NCBI GenBank assembly: GCA_037379345.1
Contig: CM074511.1
Span: 15,562,001-15,626,000, forward strand
From: Perna viridis
Lineage: Eukaryota
DNA: 64,000 bases
Reading direction: 5' to 3'
Below, one piece after another: positions 62,216 to 64,000 of the stretch (its first letter is position 1; each line of letters opens with the position of its first letter). Made by a program: the position numbers and the translations under genes. The notes under the pieces were generated by a model that saw nothing but the letters and a program-made list of their open reading frames with translations, made no database searches and had not been told where the DNA came from.

Positions 62216-64000
62216 AGTGTTTGAAATAATGACTATTCAATGACCTTTGTTCCAATTGAAATTTGTTGAAGCATCCATAATAATGGCACAATGGCCTTAA
62301 AGAAACCTGTATTCAACAAGGAACTTAATTTGACATTTACTTTTAAGGACCAAAAATGACCATAAAATGCTTTAATAGTTTTAAAGCTATAATTTTCATA
62401 GATTGGCTAGTAATTGTCAAGTTTTATTGGAACTCTAGACACGCGACGTTTAATAAACTTCGTCTTAAACTGAAGGTCACATATTACATTCCATGCAAAT
62501 TAAGGAAAAGTTCTTGATTTTCTTGTTGAAAGTGAATTCATAAAACATTTTGAAAGCATAATTAAAAAGATAAAAAAATGAATACAAAGCTATTTCAAAT
62601 ACCCCATCTTCACCTTACATGAAAAAACATGTATTTATACAGGGAAATTAAAATTCTAGTATTCACCTGAGCTTTAATTATGCAGAAAATTAAATAATTT
62701 ACATATGTTACCCTATAAAAGAGAAAAAATAATTGCCCAGCTGTAAATGAAACCTCAAAAATGTAAAACATTTACAACTAAATAGGAGAAAATGTATGTT
62801 TACACCTCCATTAAATCATCATCCATTAGACTTTGAAGCCTAAAAGCTGTCACACTTAAAATAGTTTATAGCTGTCTTCTCCGATTCTTATATATTTGCT
62901 AATATAGAAAGGAACACAAACAACTTGGCCTTGAAACATGAATTAAAGATGAGGAATCTGTTCCATTTACATGGAAGAATTCGGGGGTTTAAAATTTAAT
63001 CACACACAAAAAAACCAAAAAAAAAACAACACAAAAATTAAACTGTATCTTTGATATCTGGATATCAAACAGAACAACCACCTGTGGTGGAGATAAATGC
63101 AGACAAATCTGAATGAATGGACATAAAGAACATATATCTTCAAGAATACTTTGTTAGATTACAGATCTAGTTAGGAGAGGTTATAGCTTGATGCTGACAA
63201 CATTATACTGCAAGCATGGCTATATTTACCTTCATGAAATATCCATGAAATAACCCCAGGCAAAAATGACCCTGTTTAATTGTTGAAACATTAAAAATTA
63301 ACACCCACACAATAAAGTAAATCACAAAATACACCTGCAAAGATTTGCATGTTTACAATATTACATCACAATTTTCACAATAAAAAAATGACAGTCACCC
63401 TGAATCATAAGAATTCAGTTATATACAAACTATACATTCACTTTGTTGCAAAACCACCCTTTTAACAAACCTAACACTGTCCCTCCTTGAAAGCTATTAA
63501 CCTTACAAGGTGGTATTCTTATATAAAATGTTATGATTGAATGCAGCCATTGTACAGGTGCAACTTTTTCAAGACATGTCTATACTGAAAAAAAAATTAC
63601 AATGTTGCACATGATCATGGCATAAAAAATAGGTAAGTGAGCATGACCATTTCTTTCAAGCACCTTGTCACATCACATTAGAATAATGTCCTTTTATATT
63701 ACCACTTTACAAAAGGTGTCCTTCTTATTTTTAATGATCATGCAGGCTAAATTCAAAAGAACATCTTCTAGATATCAAAACCAATTATATCAAAAAATTA
63801 ATAGGTATTACTAAAAAAATCATAAAAAAAATAAGCTCATTGGTAATTATTAAATTTGGTTTTTATCTGATTCACACTATTAATATTATTTTTCAGAATG
63901 GAGAAATTGAAATTGTATCCAATATCTTACAAACAATTATTGTACATATTATTGTATTTTTAAAAAATATCATTGTAGTAAAGTTTTGTAATGTTTCAAC

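Noticed and set aside
54531-64000. Upstream ZNF277 exons
   Set aside because: No WDQP, YIRR or C2H2-coding segment with splice sites found by eye; probably beyond the window

Overview
AT-rich eukaryotic genomic DNA with spliceosomal introns. The repeat repertoire (Helentron/HINE-like elements with satellite cores, a Naiad-type Penelope RT, a molluscan-style SINE) suggests a bivalve mollusc; this is inferred, not verified. Three genes are supportable. (1) A + strand gene with 15 coding exons (1153-22272, ~1277 aa) encoding a giant HMGA-like protein with ~25 AT-hooks, an exon of clustered SUMO-interacting motifs, and all 14 introns in phase 0. (2) A + strand gene whose coding sequence lies almost entirely in one 2.7-kb exon (42695-45382), encoding a disordered protein that resembles a Robo/Dscam-type receptor tail (tandem PYATT, YEEI, YxxM, PxxPxR, two RVxF, C-terminal STYV) with no visible transmembrane segment. 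(3) The last coding exon of ZNF277 on the - strand (54338-54530). CpG is depleted over genes 1 and 3 and retained from ~30.4 to ~50.6 kb. Introns and intergenic DNA hold nested transposons, two ultra-short retro-insertions and several minisatellites. All gene models and counts were made by eye and need RNA-seq confirmation.
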